Positions 41,542 to 54,895 of a stretch of 64,000 nt of DNA are shown one piece after another. The notes under the pieces are model-generated. The model was not told where the DNA came from, searched no databases, and worked only from the letters and a program-made list of their open reading frames with translations. The stretch covers positions 10,434 to 74,433 of the forward strand of contig CAVTKS010000007.1 in assembly GCA_963735375.1 (NCBI GenBank), in the 5' to 3' direction. Source of the DNA: an uncultured Acidimicrobiales bacterium (lineage in GTDB: Bacteria; Actinomycetota; Acidimicrobiia; Acidimicrobiales; VFJN01). Position numbers and translations under genes: made by a program. The first letter of the stretch is position 1, and every line of letters starts with the position of its first letter.

Positions 41542-42297
41542 TCAGGCGTTGCCGAAGAATCCCAGGGCGAACGGATCGTGGCTGCCGCCGGTGTGAATCA
41601 CCCGAATCACGTACGTGCCCGTGGCCGGCAGCGGCTCGTCGGGGAGGTACCACTCGAGGCCGTTGACGACGCCGGGCTCGCCGCCCTGCCACGTCCCCTC
41701 GCTGCTGCCGTCGGGGGCGAACACCTCGATGGCCGTCTCGATGCCGTCGTCGGCCAGCGAGAGCACCTGGATCTCCTGGTCGGAGCGGAGGTGCACCGCG
41801 AAGTCGAGGTAGCCGCCCTCTTCGAGATCGACGACGAGGGTCCCGAACTGGGGCGCTTCCTCCCCCGTCATGATGTCGGCGGGTACCGAGTTCGGCTCGG
41901 ACCCGGGGATGGTGGTGGGCGGCGACGACTCGGCGGGGATCGTGACCGGCGGCAGGTCTGCGCCCGCGGACGATCCGCCCCCCGGGTCGCCCCCCTCCGT
42001 GGTCGTTGGTGCGACGGTGCCCTGGTTGGACGGTACGGTCGTCGTCAGAGGTGTCGCGGAGCCCAGCGCGCTGCCGGCCGCATCGCCACCGCCGCCGCCT
42101 CCGTTGCCATCGCCGTCACCGCCGACGACCATGACGATCGCCACGAGAGCGAGCACGACCACGACACCGATGGCCGCGAGCAGGGCGACCCGGTTGCCGC
42201 CGGCCGATGCCTGCTGCTGAACGACGTGCTGAGCAGGCGGCTCGTCAGGGGGCGCCGCACCCCATCCGTCCCCGTCCCGGGGAGATATGTGGCGCAT
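41542..42297 (-). CDS. Hypothetical membrane-anchored protein with G/T/P-rich linker and C-terminal beta-sandwich (PPC-like)
   Basis: One TM helix, low-complexity stalk, LPATGTYVIRV motif. Confidence 0.55.
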   Translation of the reverse strand: MRHISPRDGDGWGAAPPDEPPAQHVVQQQASAGGNRVALLAAIGVVVVLALVAIVMVVGGDGDGNGGGGGGDAAGSALGSATPLTTTVPSNQGTVAPTTTEGGDPGGGSSAGADLPPVTIPAESSPPTTIPGSEPNSVPADIMTGEEAPQFGTLVVDLEEGGYLDFAVHLRSDQEIQVLSLADDGIETAIEVFAPDGSSEGTWQGGEPGVVNGLEWYLPDEPLPATGTYVIRVIHTGGSHDPFALGFFGNA

Positions 42298-42396
42298 TCC
42301 GGTTTGTCTCCTCCAGCGGGGCGACGCGGCGTCGGGACGCTAGCGCCGAGCACGCTCGTATCCGTCGCGGCGCCTGACCACGCGAAACTCCAACCC

Positions 42397-42855
42397 GTGT
42401 CCGATCACCCCAGCAGCCACGCCGACGATCTGCTCACCGCCGATGCGGTCATCGACCGCCTGGGCCTGCGCCCCCATCCGGAGGGCGGTTGGTACGGCGA
42501 GACCTGGCGTCACGACGACGGCGAGGGCGGCCGCGGGGCGGGCACCGCCATCTACTACCTGCTGGCGGCCGGGCAGCGGTCGCACTGGCACCGGGTCGAC
42601 GCCACCGAGATCTGGCACTTCTATGCCGGCGACCCGCTGCGGCTGAGCATCCACGACGGGGACGGGCCGACGTCCGACGTCGCCCTGGGCGCCGACCTGC
42701 TCGCGGGCCAGGTGCCCCAGGCGATCGTCCCCGAGGGCGCATGGCAGGCTGCCGAGCCCACGGGCGCGTGGACCCTCGTGGGCTGCACGGTCTCACCCGG
42801 GTTCACGTTCGCGGGGTTCGAACTAGCTCCGCTGGACTGGTCGCCCCCGGCCTGA
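42397..42855 (+). CDS. Cupin_5 (DUF985) protein
   Basis: LRPHPEGGWYGET, TAIYYLL, SHWHRVDATEIWHFYAG, GCTVSPGF. Confidence 0.9.
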   Translation: MSDHPSSHADDLLTADAVIDRLGLRPHPEGGWYGETWRHDDGEGGRGAGTAIYYLLAAGQRSHWHRVDATEIWHFYAGDPLRLSIHDGDGPTSDVALGADLLAGQVPQAIVPEGAWQAAEPTGAWTLVGCTVSPGFTFAGFELAPLDWSPPA

Positions 42856-42915
42856 CGGGTCTCCGCGGCGAGAAGGTCGCTGTGACTGCGGACGGGGCGA
42901 GCCAGGCCGACCTGG

Positions 42916-45841
<2,926 letters not shown>

Positions 45842-45873
45842 GAAGCTAGAGGCTATCGGGCGCGCGCAACCCA

Positions 45874-45887
45874 GGAACGCATGTTCG
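45874..45887. promoter_or_regulatory. LexA SOS box upstream of uvrA
   Basis: GAAC-GCAT-GTTC (Gram-positive/actinobacterial GAAC-N4-GTTC) ~20 bp upstream of a TAGCCT -10. Confidence 0.75.
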
Positions 45888-45890
45888 CCA

Positions 45891-46646
45891 TCACCGCAGG
45901 ACCAGCAGGTCCATCCCCAGGTTCCACGGGCGCTCGCCAGCGGCCCGGGCACGCTCGACTGCCGCGATGCCCTTGGCCCACGCCTCGTCGTCGAGCCCGA
46001 TCAGGGCGGTGTCGCTGCGCCGCATCACCGGGAGGAGCGCCAGCATCTCGTCGTAGCTGTCGAACGTCGGTTCGCTCACGCGCTCGATGGCGACGACGTT
46101 GAACCCAGACTCCTCGAACGCGGTGATCACCCGGCCGAGACGCGGCCACGATTCGGCAACCCGCATCGCACCGGGGAAGAGGTGGAACAGCTCGATCTCG
46201 TCCTGGCGCCCGGGATAGCCGCCCCGGACGAGCACGGTGCCCCCCGGCTCGACGACCCGGCGGATCTCTCGCGCCGCACGCCCGAGGTCGGGGAACTGAT
46301 GGACGACGGTCGACAGCCAGGCGGCACCCACGGTCTCGTCCTCGAGCGGGAGCGCCTCGACGGAGCCTTCCACGTAGGACACGAGGGGGTGCGGGTGCGC
46401 GACCTCCGCTCGGGCACGCATGCCGCGTGATGGCTCGACGGCGTGCACGCGCACGCCGAACGATTCGGCGAACGCTCGAGACCAGATGCCCGTGCCAGCG
46501 CCGATGTCGACCATGGCCGGCGGTGGGGAGTCGGGAAGGTAGGTGGTGGCCCGCTCGCACCAGACGGCCTGTGACTCGGGTAGCCGATCGCGCACCGCGT
46601 CGAAGTTCTCGGCGATAGCGATCTCGTCGTAGCGAACGCTGCTCAC
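45891..46646 (-). CDS. Class I SAM-dependent methyltransferase
   Basis: [28 protein letters not shown]. Confidence 0.85.
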   Translation of the reverse strand: MSSVRYDEIAIAENFDAVRDRLPESQAVWCERATTYLPDSPPPAMVDIGAGTGIWSRAFAESFGVRVHAVEPSRGMRARAEVAHPHPLVSYVEGSVEALPLEDETVGAAWLSTVVHQFPDLGRAAREIRRVVEPGGTVLVRGGYPGRQDEIELFHLFPGAMRVAESWPRLGRVITAFEESGFNVVAIERVSEPTFDSYDEMLALLPVMRRSDTALIGLDDEAWAKGIAAVERARAAGERPWNLGMDLLVLR

Positions 46647-46825
46647 GTCTTCTCATCTCCCCGGCTCGGACGCCGTCGCTCCGCCGACCGCGCTCTCTGC
46701 GACCCCATCCGATGCTCTGACCGGAGAGGGGCGACACGACGCTGAGGGTCAACGTGAGGACATCTCACGGCCAACTGGAGTTCACCCATCATGCCCGATG
46801 TGAGGCGGCCACGACGGAGAGCGCG

Positions 46826-48865
46826 TCAGACGCCCGCCTCGCGGCGCTCGCGCTTGAGCTCGTTGACCTCGTCTCGCAGGCGGGCGGCGTACTCGAAGCG
46901 CAGGTCGGCGGCCGCCTCGTGCATCTCTTCCTCCAGCGTCTGGATGAGGCGCCCCAGCTCGGTGGGCGGCAGGTCGGCCAGCTCGTCGCGCAGCCTGGCC
47001 GCCGCACCGGGACGGCCCCGGCGACGGCCGTCGCCGGGGGTGGGGGCGGTCTCGGCCGGGCGCAGGTGGGCGAGGATGTCGTTGACCGCCTTGCGGATGG
47101 TCTGGGGCTCGATGCCGTGCTCGGCGTTGTAGGCGATCTGCAGTTGGCGGCGCCGCTGGGTCTCGCCGATGGCCCGGGTCATCGAGTCGGTGATCGTGTC
47201 GGCGTACATGATGACCTGGCCGTCGACGTTGCGAGCCGCCCGGCCGGTGGTCTGGATGAGCGACGTCTCGCTGCGGAGGAAGCCCTCCTTGTCCGCGTCG
47301 AGGATGGCGACCAGCGACACCTCGGGCAGGTCGAGGCCCTCGCGCAGCAGGTTGATGCCCACCAGCACGTCGAACTCGCCCAGACGCAGGTCGCGCAGGA
47401 TCTCGATGCGTTCGATCGTGTCGATGTTGGAGTGCAGGTAGCGCACCCGCAGGCCCTGCTCGAGCAGGTAGTCGGTCAGGTCCTCGGCCATCTTCTTGGT
47501 GAGGGTGGTGACCAGGACGCGCTGGTCGAAGTCGAGGCGCTTGCGGACCTCGGCCAGCAGGTCGTCGATCTGGCCCTTGGTGGGCTTGACGATGACCTCG
47601 GGGTCGACCAGGCCCGTGGGTCGGACGATCTGCTCGACGATGTTGGAGGACATCTCGAGTTCGTACGGCGACGGCGTGGCCGACAGGAACACCACCTGGT
47701 TGATGCGCTCGATCACCTCTTCGAACCGCAACGGCCGGTTGTCGGCGGCGGACGGCAGCCGGAACCCGTGTTCGATGAGCTGCTCCTTGCGGCTGCGGTC
47801 GCCCTCGTACTGGCCGTGGAGCTGGGGCACGGCGACATGGCTCTCGTCGATGACGAGCAGGTAGTCGTCGGGGAAGAAGTCGAGCAGCGTGTTGGGCGCA
47901 TCGCCCCGAGCGCGACCGTCGATGGGCGCCGAGTAGTTCTCGATGCCGTTGCAGAAGCCGACCTCCTGCATCATCTCGAGGTCGTACTGGGTGCGCATGC
48001 GGAGCCGCTGCGCCTCGAGCAGCTTGCCCTCCTTCTCGAAGTACGCCAGCCGCTCGGCCAGCTCGGTCTCGATGCGCCCGATCGCCTTCTGCATGCGCTC
48101 GTCGCCGGCCACGTAGTGGGTGGCCGGGTAGATCTCGAGCTCGTCGAGCACCCGCAGCTGCTCGCCCGTGAGCGGGTCGACGACGGTGATGCGCTCGATC
48201 TCGTCGCCGAACAGCTCGATGCGCACGGCCGTCTCGTCATAGGCCGGATGCAGCTCGATGGTGTCGCCCCGCACACGGAACGTGCCCCGGGTGAGGTTCA
48301 TGTCGTTGCGGTCGTAGCGCATGTCGACCAGCTTGCGCAGCACCGCCCGCTGGTCGATCTCCTCGCCGCGTTGCAGGTAGAGCAGGTTCTGGCGGTACTC
48401 CTCGGGCGAGCCCAGCCCGTAGATGCACGACACCGACGCCACCACGATGACGTCTCGCCGGGTGAGCAGCGCGGCCGTGGCCGAGTGACGCAGGCGGTCG
48501 ATCTCGTCGTTGACCGACGAGTCCTTCTCTATGTAGGTGTCGGACGAGGCGATGTAGGCCTCGGGCTGGTAGTAGTCGTAGTAGCTGACGAAGTACTCGA
48601 CCCGGTTCTCGGGGAAGAACTCGCGGAACTCGTTGGCCAGCTGGGCGGCCAGTGACTTGTTGGGTGCGATGACCAGCGTGGGTTTCTGCACCTGCTCGAT
48701 GGTCCAGGCGATGGTGGCGCTCTTGCCCGATCCGGTGATGCCCAGCAGCGTCTGGTAGCGCTCGCCGTTGGCGATGCCCTGGCTGAGCGCGGCGATGGCG
48801 CCCGGCTGGTCGCCCGCGGGATCGAACTCGGACACCATCTTGAAGGGGACGTTCGTCGGCGCCAT
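46826..48865 (-). CDS. uvrB: Excinuclease ABC subunit B
   Basis: [38 protein letters not shown]-terminal UVR domain. Confidence 0.97.
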   Translation of the reverse strand: MAPTNVPFKMVSEFDPAGDQPGAIAALSQGIANGERYQTLLGITGSGKSATIAWTIEQVQKPTLVIAPNKSLAAQLANEFREFFPENRVEYFVSYYDYYQPEAYIASSDTYIEKDSSVNDEIDRLRHSATAALLTRRDVIVVASVSCIYGLGSPEEYRQNLLYLQRGEEIDQRAVLRKLVDMRYDRNDMNLTRGTFRVRGDTIELHPAYDETAVRIELFGDEIERITVVDPLTGEQLRVLDELEIYPATHYVAGDERMQKAIGRIETELAERLAYFEKEGKLLEAQRLRMRTQYDLEMMQEVGFCNGIENYSAPIDGRARGDAPNTLLDFFPDDYLLVIDESHVAVPQLHGQYEGDRSRKEQLIEHGFRLPSAADNRPLRFEEVIERINQVVFLSATPSPYELEMSSNIVEQIVRPTGLVDPEVIVKPTKGQIDDLLAEVRKRLDFDQRVLVTTLTKKMAEDLTDYLLEQGLRVRYLHSNIDTIERIEILRDLRLGEFDVLVGINLLREGLDLPEVSLVAILDADKEGFLRSETSLIQTTGRAARNVDGQVIMYADTITDSMTRAIGETQRRRQLQIAYNAEHGIEPQTIRKAVNDILAHLRPAETAPTPGDGRRRGRPGAAARLRDELADLPPTELGRLIQTLEEEMHEAAADLRFEYAARLRDEVNELKRERREAGV

Positions 48866-48874
48866 CGCGAAACG

Positions 48875-48896
48875 ACTATACGGGCGAGGTGTGACA
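48875..48896 (-). promoter_or_regulatory. RecA-NDp/PafBC-type DNA-damage promoter of uvrB
   Basis: TGTCAC-N10-TATAGT, 9 nt before the ATG; fits the mycobacterial TGTC(GG)-N10-TANNNT architecture. Confidence 0.6.
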
Positions 48897-48913
48897 CTCA
48901 GACCGGCGCCGCG

Positions 48914-50395
48914 TCAGGCGACGTCGGCGGTGGCTCGTGTCGCCTCGAGGTGGTAGCGGTGGTAGGTGCCGCCCTGCCCCGCGCCCCGGCCGAAGTAGTG
49001 CCACTCGGGGAAGTTGAAGTCGGCGGTGACCGAGCGGGGCAGCAACAGCACGGCATGCAGGAAGTCGTCCAGTGTCTCCACGGCGTAGATGTTGACGTCG
49101 TGGCCCCACTGGTCGAACCGGTCGAGCAGCTCCGCGCGATCGGTGGCGTCCCAGGCGATCGAGAACCGGTCGACGCCCCACGACGCAACCTCGTCGAGCA
49201 TCGCCCGCGCCCGTTCGGGCGCCGCCAGCACGAGCGGGGTGATCAGGTCGACGGGGCACTGCACGGTCGCGTCCGGCCAGGCGTGACGGAGACGGCGCAG
49301 GCCGCGCTCGCCGAGCACATCGATCCGACCGTTGAACCACAGATCATCGCCGACCAGGCCGACCCGCTCGACGACGGTCAGGAGGTCCTCGACCACTTGG
49401 TGCTCCTTGATGTCGAGCTTGACGCCCTTGCCGGCAGCGGCGGCCACCGCCAGCATCTCCTCGGCGCGGAGCGGTTCCTGGTCGCCATCGGCGGACGCGG
49501 TGTCAATCGGGTCGTGACTCAAGACGAGCCGGCCCTGCGAGTCCCGCCGCACGTCGCACTCGCCCCAGCGCACCGGCGAAGCGAGGAAATGGCGCAAGTT
49601 GGCGCGGTCGTTCACCCCGTGCCACACCAGCTCCAGGTGCCCGGGCAGGTCGCGCTCTCCGATGAGCGCCCGCAGGTCGTACCTGTTGCCCGCGGGCGTG
49701 TCCGGCGGCGGTGAGCGGCGCGACTCGTAGAGCGTGCGGGCATGAAGGAACAGGATCTCGCCGCTGTCGTCGGCCGCGGCCATGGCCCGGATGACATCGG
49801 GCTCGTTGTCGAACACCGCCACCGGCCGGTAGCCGGCGGCCGCGAACGCCCGGAGCCCGGCGATCTTCGAGGCCGCGACGTCCGCCCCCCAACCGCCAGG
49901 GTTCATGTGCACCAACTCGGGCGCGAACCGCACGCGGTGGCCGTGGCCGAGCGCGACGAGCGACGCAAGCGTGTCGGCGCGGAGCATCTCCGGCCGTCCG
50001 GTGTTGAGTGCCACCGAGGTTGACGGCTGGATCTGAAACCAGCGGATCACCGCCATCACGTCGGGGTAGGCGGCGTGAGCCGCCCGCACGGTGTCGGGTC
50101 GCCACCGCCGCTCGACGTACCAGTCGAGCACCCGGGTGCGCACCGCGGCGGGCAGGCCGCGTCGCCCGAGAAGCGCGGCGACGTCGTTCTCGTGCACGTC
50201 GACCTCGTCGGTACGCAGGTCGCGGAAGTGGTCGGTGCCGTGCTCGCGATCGAAGGTGAGCAGCATGTGGCGGACCATGTGCCGCATGTCGAGGATCGTG
50301 CCGTCGATGTCGAAGACGACGAGCAGGTGGTCGTGCGGGTGAGCGACCCGCATCGCGGCGTAGTGGCGAGCCAGGCTGCGCATCCAATCGGACAT
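48914..50395 (-). CDS. HAD-family hydrolase fused to a PLC-like phosphodiesterase (DUF2181/FAM151-like) domain
   Basis: N-terminal VVFDIDGT, NTGR, VFDNEP; C-terminal VWHGVN, GECDVR, VLSHD, KGVKLDIKE. Confidence 0.6.
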   Translation of the reverse strand: MSDWMRSLARHYAAMRVAHPHDHLLVVFDIDGTILDMRHMVRHMLLTFDREHGTDHFRDLRTDEVDVHENDVAALLGRRGLPAAVRTRVLDWYVERRWRPDTVRAAHAAYPDVMAVIRWFQIQPSTSVALNTGRPEMLRADTLASLVALGHGHRVRFAPELVHMNPGGWGADVAASKIAGLRAFAAAGYRPVAVFDNEPDVIRAMAAADDSGEILFLHARTLYESRRSPPPDTPAGNRYDLRALIGERDLPGHLELVWHGVNDRANLRHFLASPVRWGECDVRRDSQGRLVLSHDPIDTASADGDQEPLRAEEMLAVAAAAGKGVKLDIKEHQVVEDLLTVVERVGLVGDDLWFNGRIDVLGERGLRRLRHAWPDATVQCPVDLITPLVLAAPERARAMLDEVASWGVDRFSIAWDATDRAELLDRFDQWGHDVNIYAVETLDDFLHAVLLLPRSVTADFNFPEWHYFGRGAGQGGTYHRYHLEATRATADVA

Positions 50396-50496
50396 CCGAC
50401 GCGGACGGTACCGAGCGCCGGTGAACAAACGGTGAGGCCCCGGTGTCCGGCCGAGGACCGGAGACCGAACGAATCCGTCGCCCTCGCACAGTCGGC

Positions 50497-51123
50497 TCAG
50501 CTGTCGTGGACCGTCCGGACGCCGAGCAGCGCGCCGAACCCGACCAAGCCGAGCCCGGCGACGGCGTCGGCCGTCTGCACCGCTCGGTCGCCCAGGCGGC
50601 GACCGGCGAGCGTCACGCCCAGGGTGAGGACCGTGAACCAGCCGATGCTCCCGGCCCCGATGCCGACGAGCAGGGCCACCGCGTCGCCCCACCCCCCGAC
50701 GACCGAGGCCGTCGACGCCGCCGCGAACGCCGTCGCCCACGAGGCGATGGTCAACGGGTTCGACGCCGTGGCCGCCAGCGCGGTGCGCCATGCACGGGCG
50801 GGGGTCACCACCTCGGCGGGGACCTCGAGCCCGATGCGCACCCGGTGTGCCGCCCACAACGTGCGACATCCCATGATCACCAGCACGCCGGCGCCGAGCA
50901 CCCCCATGCCGATGCGGACGGGCGTGAATCCGATCAACGAGGCGGCGCCCAGCATCCCGAGCGCGCCGTAGACGGTGTCGACCGCCGCCGCGCCGGCCCC
51001 GACGGCGAGGCCGGGCGCGAACCCGTACCGCAGCGTGGTGCGGATGCAGAGCAACGACACCGGGCCCACCTGAGCGGCCACGAGGGCGCCGAGGCCGAGG
51101 CCGGTCAGGAGGGCAGCGAGCAT
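50497..51123 (-). CDS. LysE-family translocator
   Basis: AQVGPVSLLCIR, GAGAAAVD, SNPLTIASW. Confidence 0.85.
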   Translation of the reverse strand: MLAALLTGLGLGALVAAQVGPVSLLCIRTTLRYGFAPGLAVGAGAAAVDTVYGALGMLGAASLIGFTPVRIGMGVLGAGVLVIMGCRTLWAAHRVRIGLEVPAEVVTPARAWRTALAATASNPLTIASWATAFAAASTASVVGGWGDAVALLVGIGAGSIGWFTVLTLGVTLAGRRLGDRAVQTADAVAGLGLVGFGALLGVRTVHDS

Positions 51124-51175
51124 CACGACACTCAAGCACGGTCATCACGGCCGATACGCACCGATTTCGTGCGCG

Positions 51176-51778
51176 TCAGGCGCGGCGCAGGCCCTGGAGC
51201 CAGTCCCAGACCGCGTCGACCTGGGGGCGCAGGTCGTCCGCGGTGCCGCTGTTGTCGATCACCCGGTCTGCCCGTTCGAGCCGCTCCCCGCGGGTGGCCT
51301 GGCGGGCCATGCGGGCCCGCACGTCCGCCTCGCGCATGCCGCGGTGCTCGACCAGGCGGCGCACCGCGACCTCCGGATCGACGTCGACCACCAGCAGCCC
51401 GGCGACCGGGTACGCGTTCTTGGACTCGACCATGAGCGGGACGTCCAGCACGACCACCTCGTCTGTCTGACCGAGCTCCTCCATCCGACGCACGATCTCG
51501 GCGCCGACCGCCGGATGGACGATGGCGTTGAGATCGGCGAGCGCCTCGTGGTCGCTGAACACCAGGTCGGCAACCGCTGCTCGATCGAGTGCGCCGTCGG
51601 CGGCCACGATGCCCTGCCCGAACCGCTCGACCATGGCGTCGAACACCGGCGTGCCCGGCCGCTGGACGTCACGCACGATGGCGTCCGCGTCGACGACGAC
51701 GGCGCCCTTGGCGGCGAGCAGGGCCGACACGGTGGACTTGCCCGACCCGATGCCCCCGGTGAGACCGATGACCAGCAC
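51176..51778 (-). CDS. coaE: Dephospho-CoA kinase
   Basis: GLTGGIGSGKSTV, VDAD, IVHP, DVPL, RMARQ. Confidence 0.95.
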   Translation of the reverse strand: MLVIGLTGGIGSGKSTVSALLAAKGAVVVDADAIVRDVQRPGTPVFDAMVERFGQGIVAADGALDRAAVADLVFSDHEALADLNAIVHPAVGAEIVRRMEELGQTDEVVVLDVPLMVESKNAYPVAGLLVVDVDPEVAVRRLVEHRGMREADVRARMARQATRGERLERADRVIDNSGTADDLRPQVDAVWDWLQGLRRA

Positions 51779-51811
51779 GGCGCCGGACGTTAGCGGAGAG
51801 GCCGGAACGCG

Positions 51812-51841
51812 CAGGAGCGGGGGCCGTGGCCCCCGCTCCTG
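51812..51841. terminator. Strong hairpin downstream of rpsA
   Basis: CAGGAGCGGGGGC-CGTG-GCCCCCGCTCCTG. Confidence 0.65.
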
Positions 51842-51871
51842 GCGTGTCGAACGGTCGACCGTGAGGTCGCG

Positions 51872-53335
51872 CTACTCGCCGTCGCCCTCGGCCGCGGGGG
51901 CCTCGTCGGCCGCGGGGGCCTCGTCGGCAGCGGTCTCGTCAGCAGGCTCGTCTGCCGCAGCCTCTGCGGCAGGGGCCGCCCCCTCGGGCGGGGCCGGAGG
52001 TGCACCCTCGGGAGCCACACCACCCTCGGCGTAGTACTCGGCCCAGGCCTCGTCGGCCTCGGGCGAGTGCTCGACGGTGGGGCCGATGTAGTTGCCCTGG
52101 TCGTCGTAGGCGTGCTCGCCGAAGTGCTCCTGGTACTCGGCGGCCACGATGCCACCCTCGGCGGCCTGCTTGATCGACAGGCTGATGCGCCGGCGCTGCA
52201 GGTCGAGGTCGATGATCTTGACCCACAGCTCCTCGCCGGGGGTGACCACCTGCTCGGGCAGGTCGACGTGGTGGGCCGACATCTCGGAGATGTGCACCAG
52301 ACCCTCGATGCCGTCGCCCACCTGGACGAACGCACCGAACGGCACCAGCTTGGTGACCCGGCCGTAGACCAGCTCGCCCACGCGGTGGCTGGTGGCGAAC
52401 TCCTGCCACGGATCCTGCTGGGTGGCCTTGAGCGACAGGCTGATGCGCTCGCGGGACAGGTCGACGTCGAGCACCTGCACCTCGACCTCGTCGCCCACGG
52501 CCACGACCGAACCGGGGTGGTCGACGTGCTTCCACGACAGCTCGGACACGTGGATGAGCCCGTCCATGCCACCCAGGTCGACGAAGGCACCGAAGTTGAC
52601 GACGCTGGACACGACGCCCTTGCGGGTCTCGCCCGGCTTGAGGTTGGCCAGGAAGTCCTCGCGCTGCTCGCGCTGGGTCTCCTCCAGCCACGCCCGGCGG
52701 GAGAGCACGACGTTGTTGCGGTTCTTGTCGAGCTCGATGATCTTGGCCTCGAGCGACTTGCCCACGTAGGGCTGCAGGTCGCGTACGCGGCGCAGTTCGA
52801 CCAGCGAGGCCGGCAGGAAGCCGCGCAGCCCGATGTCGAGGATGAGGCCGCCCTTGACGACCTCGATGACCGGGCCGGACACGACGCCGTCTTCTTCCTT
52901 GACGCGCTCGATGTCGCCCCAGGCCCGCTCGTACTGGGCCCGCTTCTTGGACAGGACGAGCCGGCCGTCCTTGTCTTCCTTGGTGAGGACCAGCGCCTCG
53001 ATCTCGTCGCCCATCGACACGACCTCGTTGGGGTCGACGTCGTTGCGGATCGACAGCTCGCGGCTGGGGATCACACCCTCGGACTTGTAGCCGATGTCGA
53101 GGAGGACCTCGTCTCGGTCGACCCGCACCACCGTGCCGGTCACGATCGCGCCGTCCTCGACAGAGACGAGGGTGGCGTCGATGGCGTCGGCAAAGCTGAC
53201 ACCGAGATCGTCGTCGACGATCTGGCGGGGGGTGTAGCCGCTCTCGGGCGCCTGGGCGTCGTCGCTCGAACTGTCGGTCGAGGCGGCGGGATCAGGGTCG
53301 GGAGCGGTCGAGTCGGTTGTCTGGACGTCGGACAC
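51872..53335 (-). CDS. rpsA: 30S ribosomal protein S1
   Basis: Four S1 domains (DIGYKSEG, GFLPASL, GLIHVSELSW, GLVHISE); acidic tail. Confidence 0.97.
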   Translation of the reverse strand: MSDVQTTDSTAPDPDPAASTDSSSDDAQAPESGYTPRQIVDDDLGVSFADAIDATLVSVEDGAIVTGTVVRVDRDEVLLDIGYKSEGVIPSRELSIRNDVDPNEVVSMGDEIEALVLTKEDKDGRLVLSKKRAQYERAWGDIERVKEEDGVVSGPVIEVVKGGLILDIGLRGFLPASLVELRRVRDLQPYVGKSLEAKIIELDKNRNNVVLSRRAWLEETQREQREDFLANLKPGETRKGVVSSVVNFGAFVDLGGMDGLIHVSELSWKHVDHPGSVVAVGDEVEVQVLDVDLSRERISLSLKATQQDPWQEFATSHRVGELVYGRVTKLVPFGAFVQVGDGIEGLVHISEMSAHHVDLPEQVVTPGEELWVKIIDLDLQRRRISLSIKQAAEGGIVAAEYQEHFGEHAYDDQGNYIGPTVEHSPEADEAWAEYYAEGGVAPEGAPPAPPEGAAPAAEAAADEPADETAADEAPAADEAPAAEGDGE

Positions 53336-53490
53336 GAACGGGTCGGCTTTCTTCGGGGGCAGGATCTCGGGGTGCTGGCTCCCGCACGGAGCGGGATACC
53401 AGCCTCAGGGCGCGCCGGTAAGGCGCGGAGTGGCAGGTTAGCAGCCCCTCGCTGGGGACCGCTACGGCCCGTGGCACCCGGTTGACATGG

Positions 53491-54219
53491 TCAGGGACGC
53501 TCGGCCACCAGCAGGAACTCCGGCGACTCGATGGTCGGGACCTGGCGAACGTAGGCGCCGGGCGTGACGGACCACAGCGCCCGCACGACCAGGCCCGCCC
53601 GTACCGCGAGCAGGCGCAACTCACGAGGCGTGAAGCACGTGGTCCACAGATCGGCCGGCACGGCCGTCCCGGACTCGTCGCGCACCTCGGTCAGCTCGTG
53701 GTTGACCCCGGCGTCCGCGTCGAACGTGTCCACGTCCTCGAGCCACCGCACCTGGAAGTAGGCCGAGAAGGCCGACACCGCGGCGCGGCCCCCCGGGCGC
53801 AGCGCCCGGGCGATGCCGGCGAGGACGTCGGCGTCGCCGTCGAGCGGCGCACCGGGGCCACCGGCGAGCCCGAACGCGCCCTGGCACAGCGAGATCGCCG
53901 CGTCGAACTCGGCGTCGAACTCGAGGGCCCGTGCGTCGGCCCGCACGAACATGGCGCCGGCGGGCGCGTCGCGGGTGGCGAGGTCGACGAACCGCTGGCT
54001 GATGTCGACGCCCACGACGTCGATGCCCCGCGCCGCGAGGGCGTGAGCATGCCGACCGGGACCGCACCCCACGTCGAGCACCCGCATGCCCGGCTCCAGC
54101 CCGAGCTCGTCGACCAGGAACCCCACCTCCTGGGACGTGCCCTTGGTGAACGAGTAGCGCAGGTAGGCGTCGCCCAGGTGATCGGCGACCGGTTCGAACC
54201 AGTGGTCGTGGCCCGGCAT
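53491..54219 (-). CDS. Class I SAM-dependent methyltransferase
   Basis: VLDVGCGPGRH, GVDIS, FDAAISLCQGAFG. Confidence 0.85.
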   Translation of the reverse strand: MPGHDHWFEPVADHLGDAYLRYSFTKGTSQEVGFLVDELGLEPGMRVLDVGCGPGRHAHALAARGIDVVGVDISQRFVDLATRDAPAGAMFVRADARALEFDAEFDAAISLCQGAFGLAGGPGAPLDGDADVLAGIARALRPGGRAAVSAFSAYFQVRWLEDVDTFDADAGVNHELTEVRDESGTAVPADLWTTCFTPRELRLLAVRAGLVVRALWSVTPGAYVRQVPTIESPEFLLVAERP

Positions 54220-54842
54220 CACCCTGGTCGCGGGCGCAGCATCATCTCGGCGGCCTCGTCGCCGGCGGCGTCGGGGTCCTCGAGCTGGCCCAGGACCTGG
54301 GCCCGGTAGAGCAGCAGCGCCGGCCCGATGTCGGCCCGGGCGTCGAGGTCGGGGTCGTCCTCCCCCACCACCTGGGCGACGAGCTCGCGCAGGCGCAGGC
54401 GCATGATCGCGAACACGTGCTCGCTGTAGGCCTCGGCGACGGCGGGCTCGGAGCGGACGACGGCGAGGAAGTTCTGGCACCGCCTGTCGTCGCAGGGCTC
54501 CGTGAGCGACCGTGCATACGAGCGCATGCCGGCGGTCAGGTCGGCGACAGGGTCACCGGTGTCGGGCAGGCCGGCGAGCGGGTCGATGCGCCGGACCGCG
54601 TCGGCGAACAGCGCAGGCTTGGTGGGCCACCGGCGGTAGATCGTGGCGAGGCCGACCCTGGCGCGATCGGCGACGTGCTGCATGTGCAGCGCCTCGTAGC
54701 CCACCTCGTCCAGCAGCTCGGCGGCTGCGCTCAGGATGGCCTCGGTGCTCTCGGCGTTGCGCGGCCTCCCCCGGGTCGGCCGGGCGGCGGCGGACGTGAC
54801 CGATTTCACAGCGTCGGGGGTTCCGAGAATCTTGCTTTTCAT
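54219..54842 (-). CDS. TetR/AcrR family transcriptional regulator
   Basis: GRPR..AILSAAAELL..VADRARVGLATIYRRWPTK; start uncertain. Confidence 0.9.
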   Translation of the reverse strand: MKSKILGTPDAVKSVTSAAARPTRGRPRNAESTEAILSAAAELLDEVGYEALHMQHVADRARVGLATIYRRWPTKPALFADAVRRIDPLAGLPDTGDPVADLTAGMRSYARSLTEPCDDRRCQNFLAVVRSEPAVAEAYSEHVFAIMRLRLRELVAQVVGEDDPDLDARADIGPALLLYRAQVLGQLEDPDAAGDEAAEMMLRPRPG

Positions 54843-54895
54843 AAATCACCATCGAATAGTGAAGCGGTGCTTACCGTATCTGAGAGCTCCCCCCG

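Noticed and set aside
51812-51841. rpsA hairpin shares CAGGAGCGGGG with the end of the coupling repeat
   Set aside because: Only 11 nt in GC-rich DNA and the repeat core is absent; treated as a terminator.
51885-51960. 18-bp tandem repeat at the rpsA 3' end
   Set aside because: Encodes the low-complexity acidic ADEAPA tail; ordinary.
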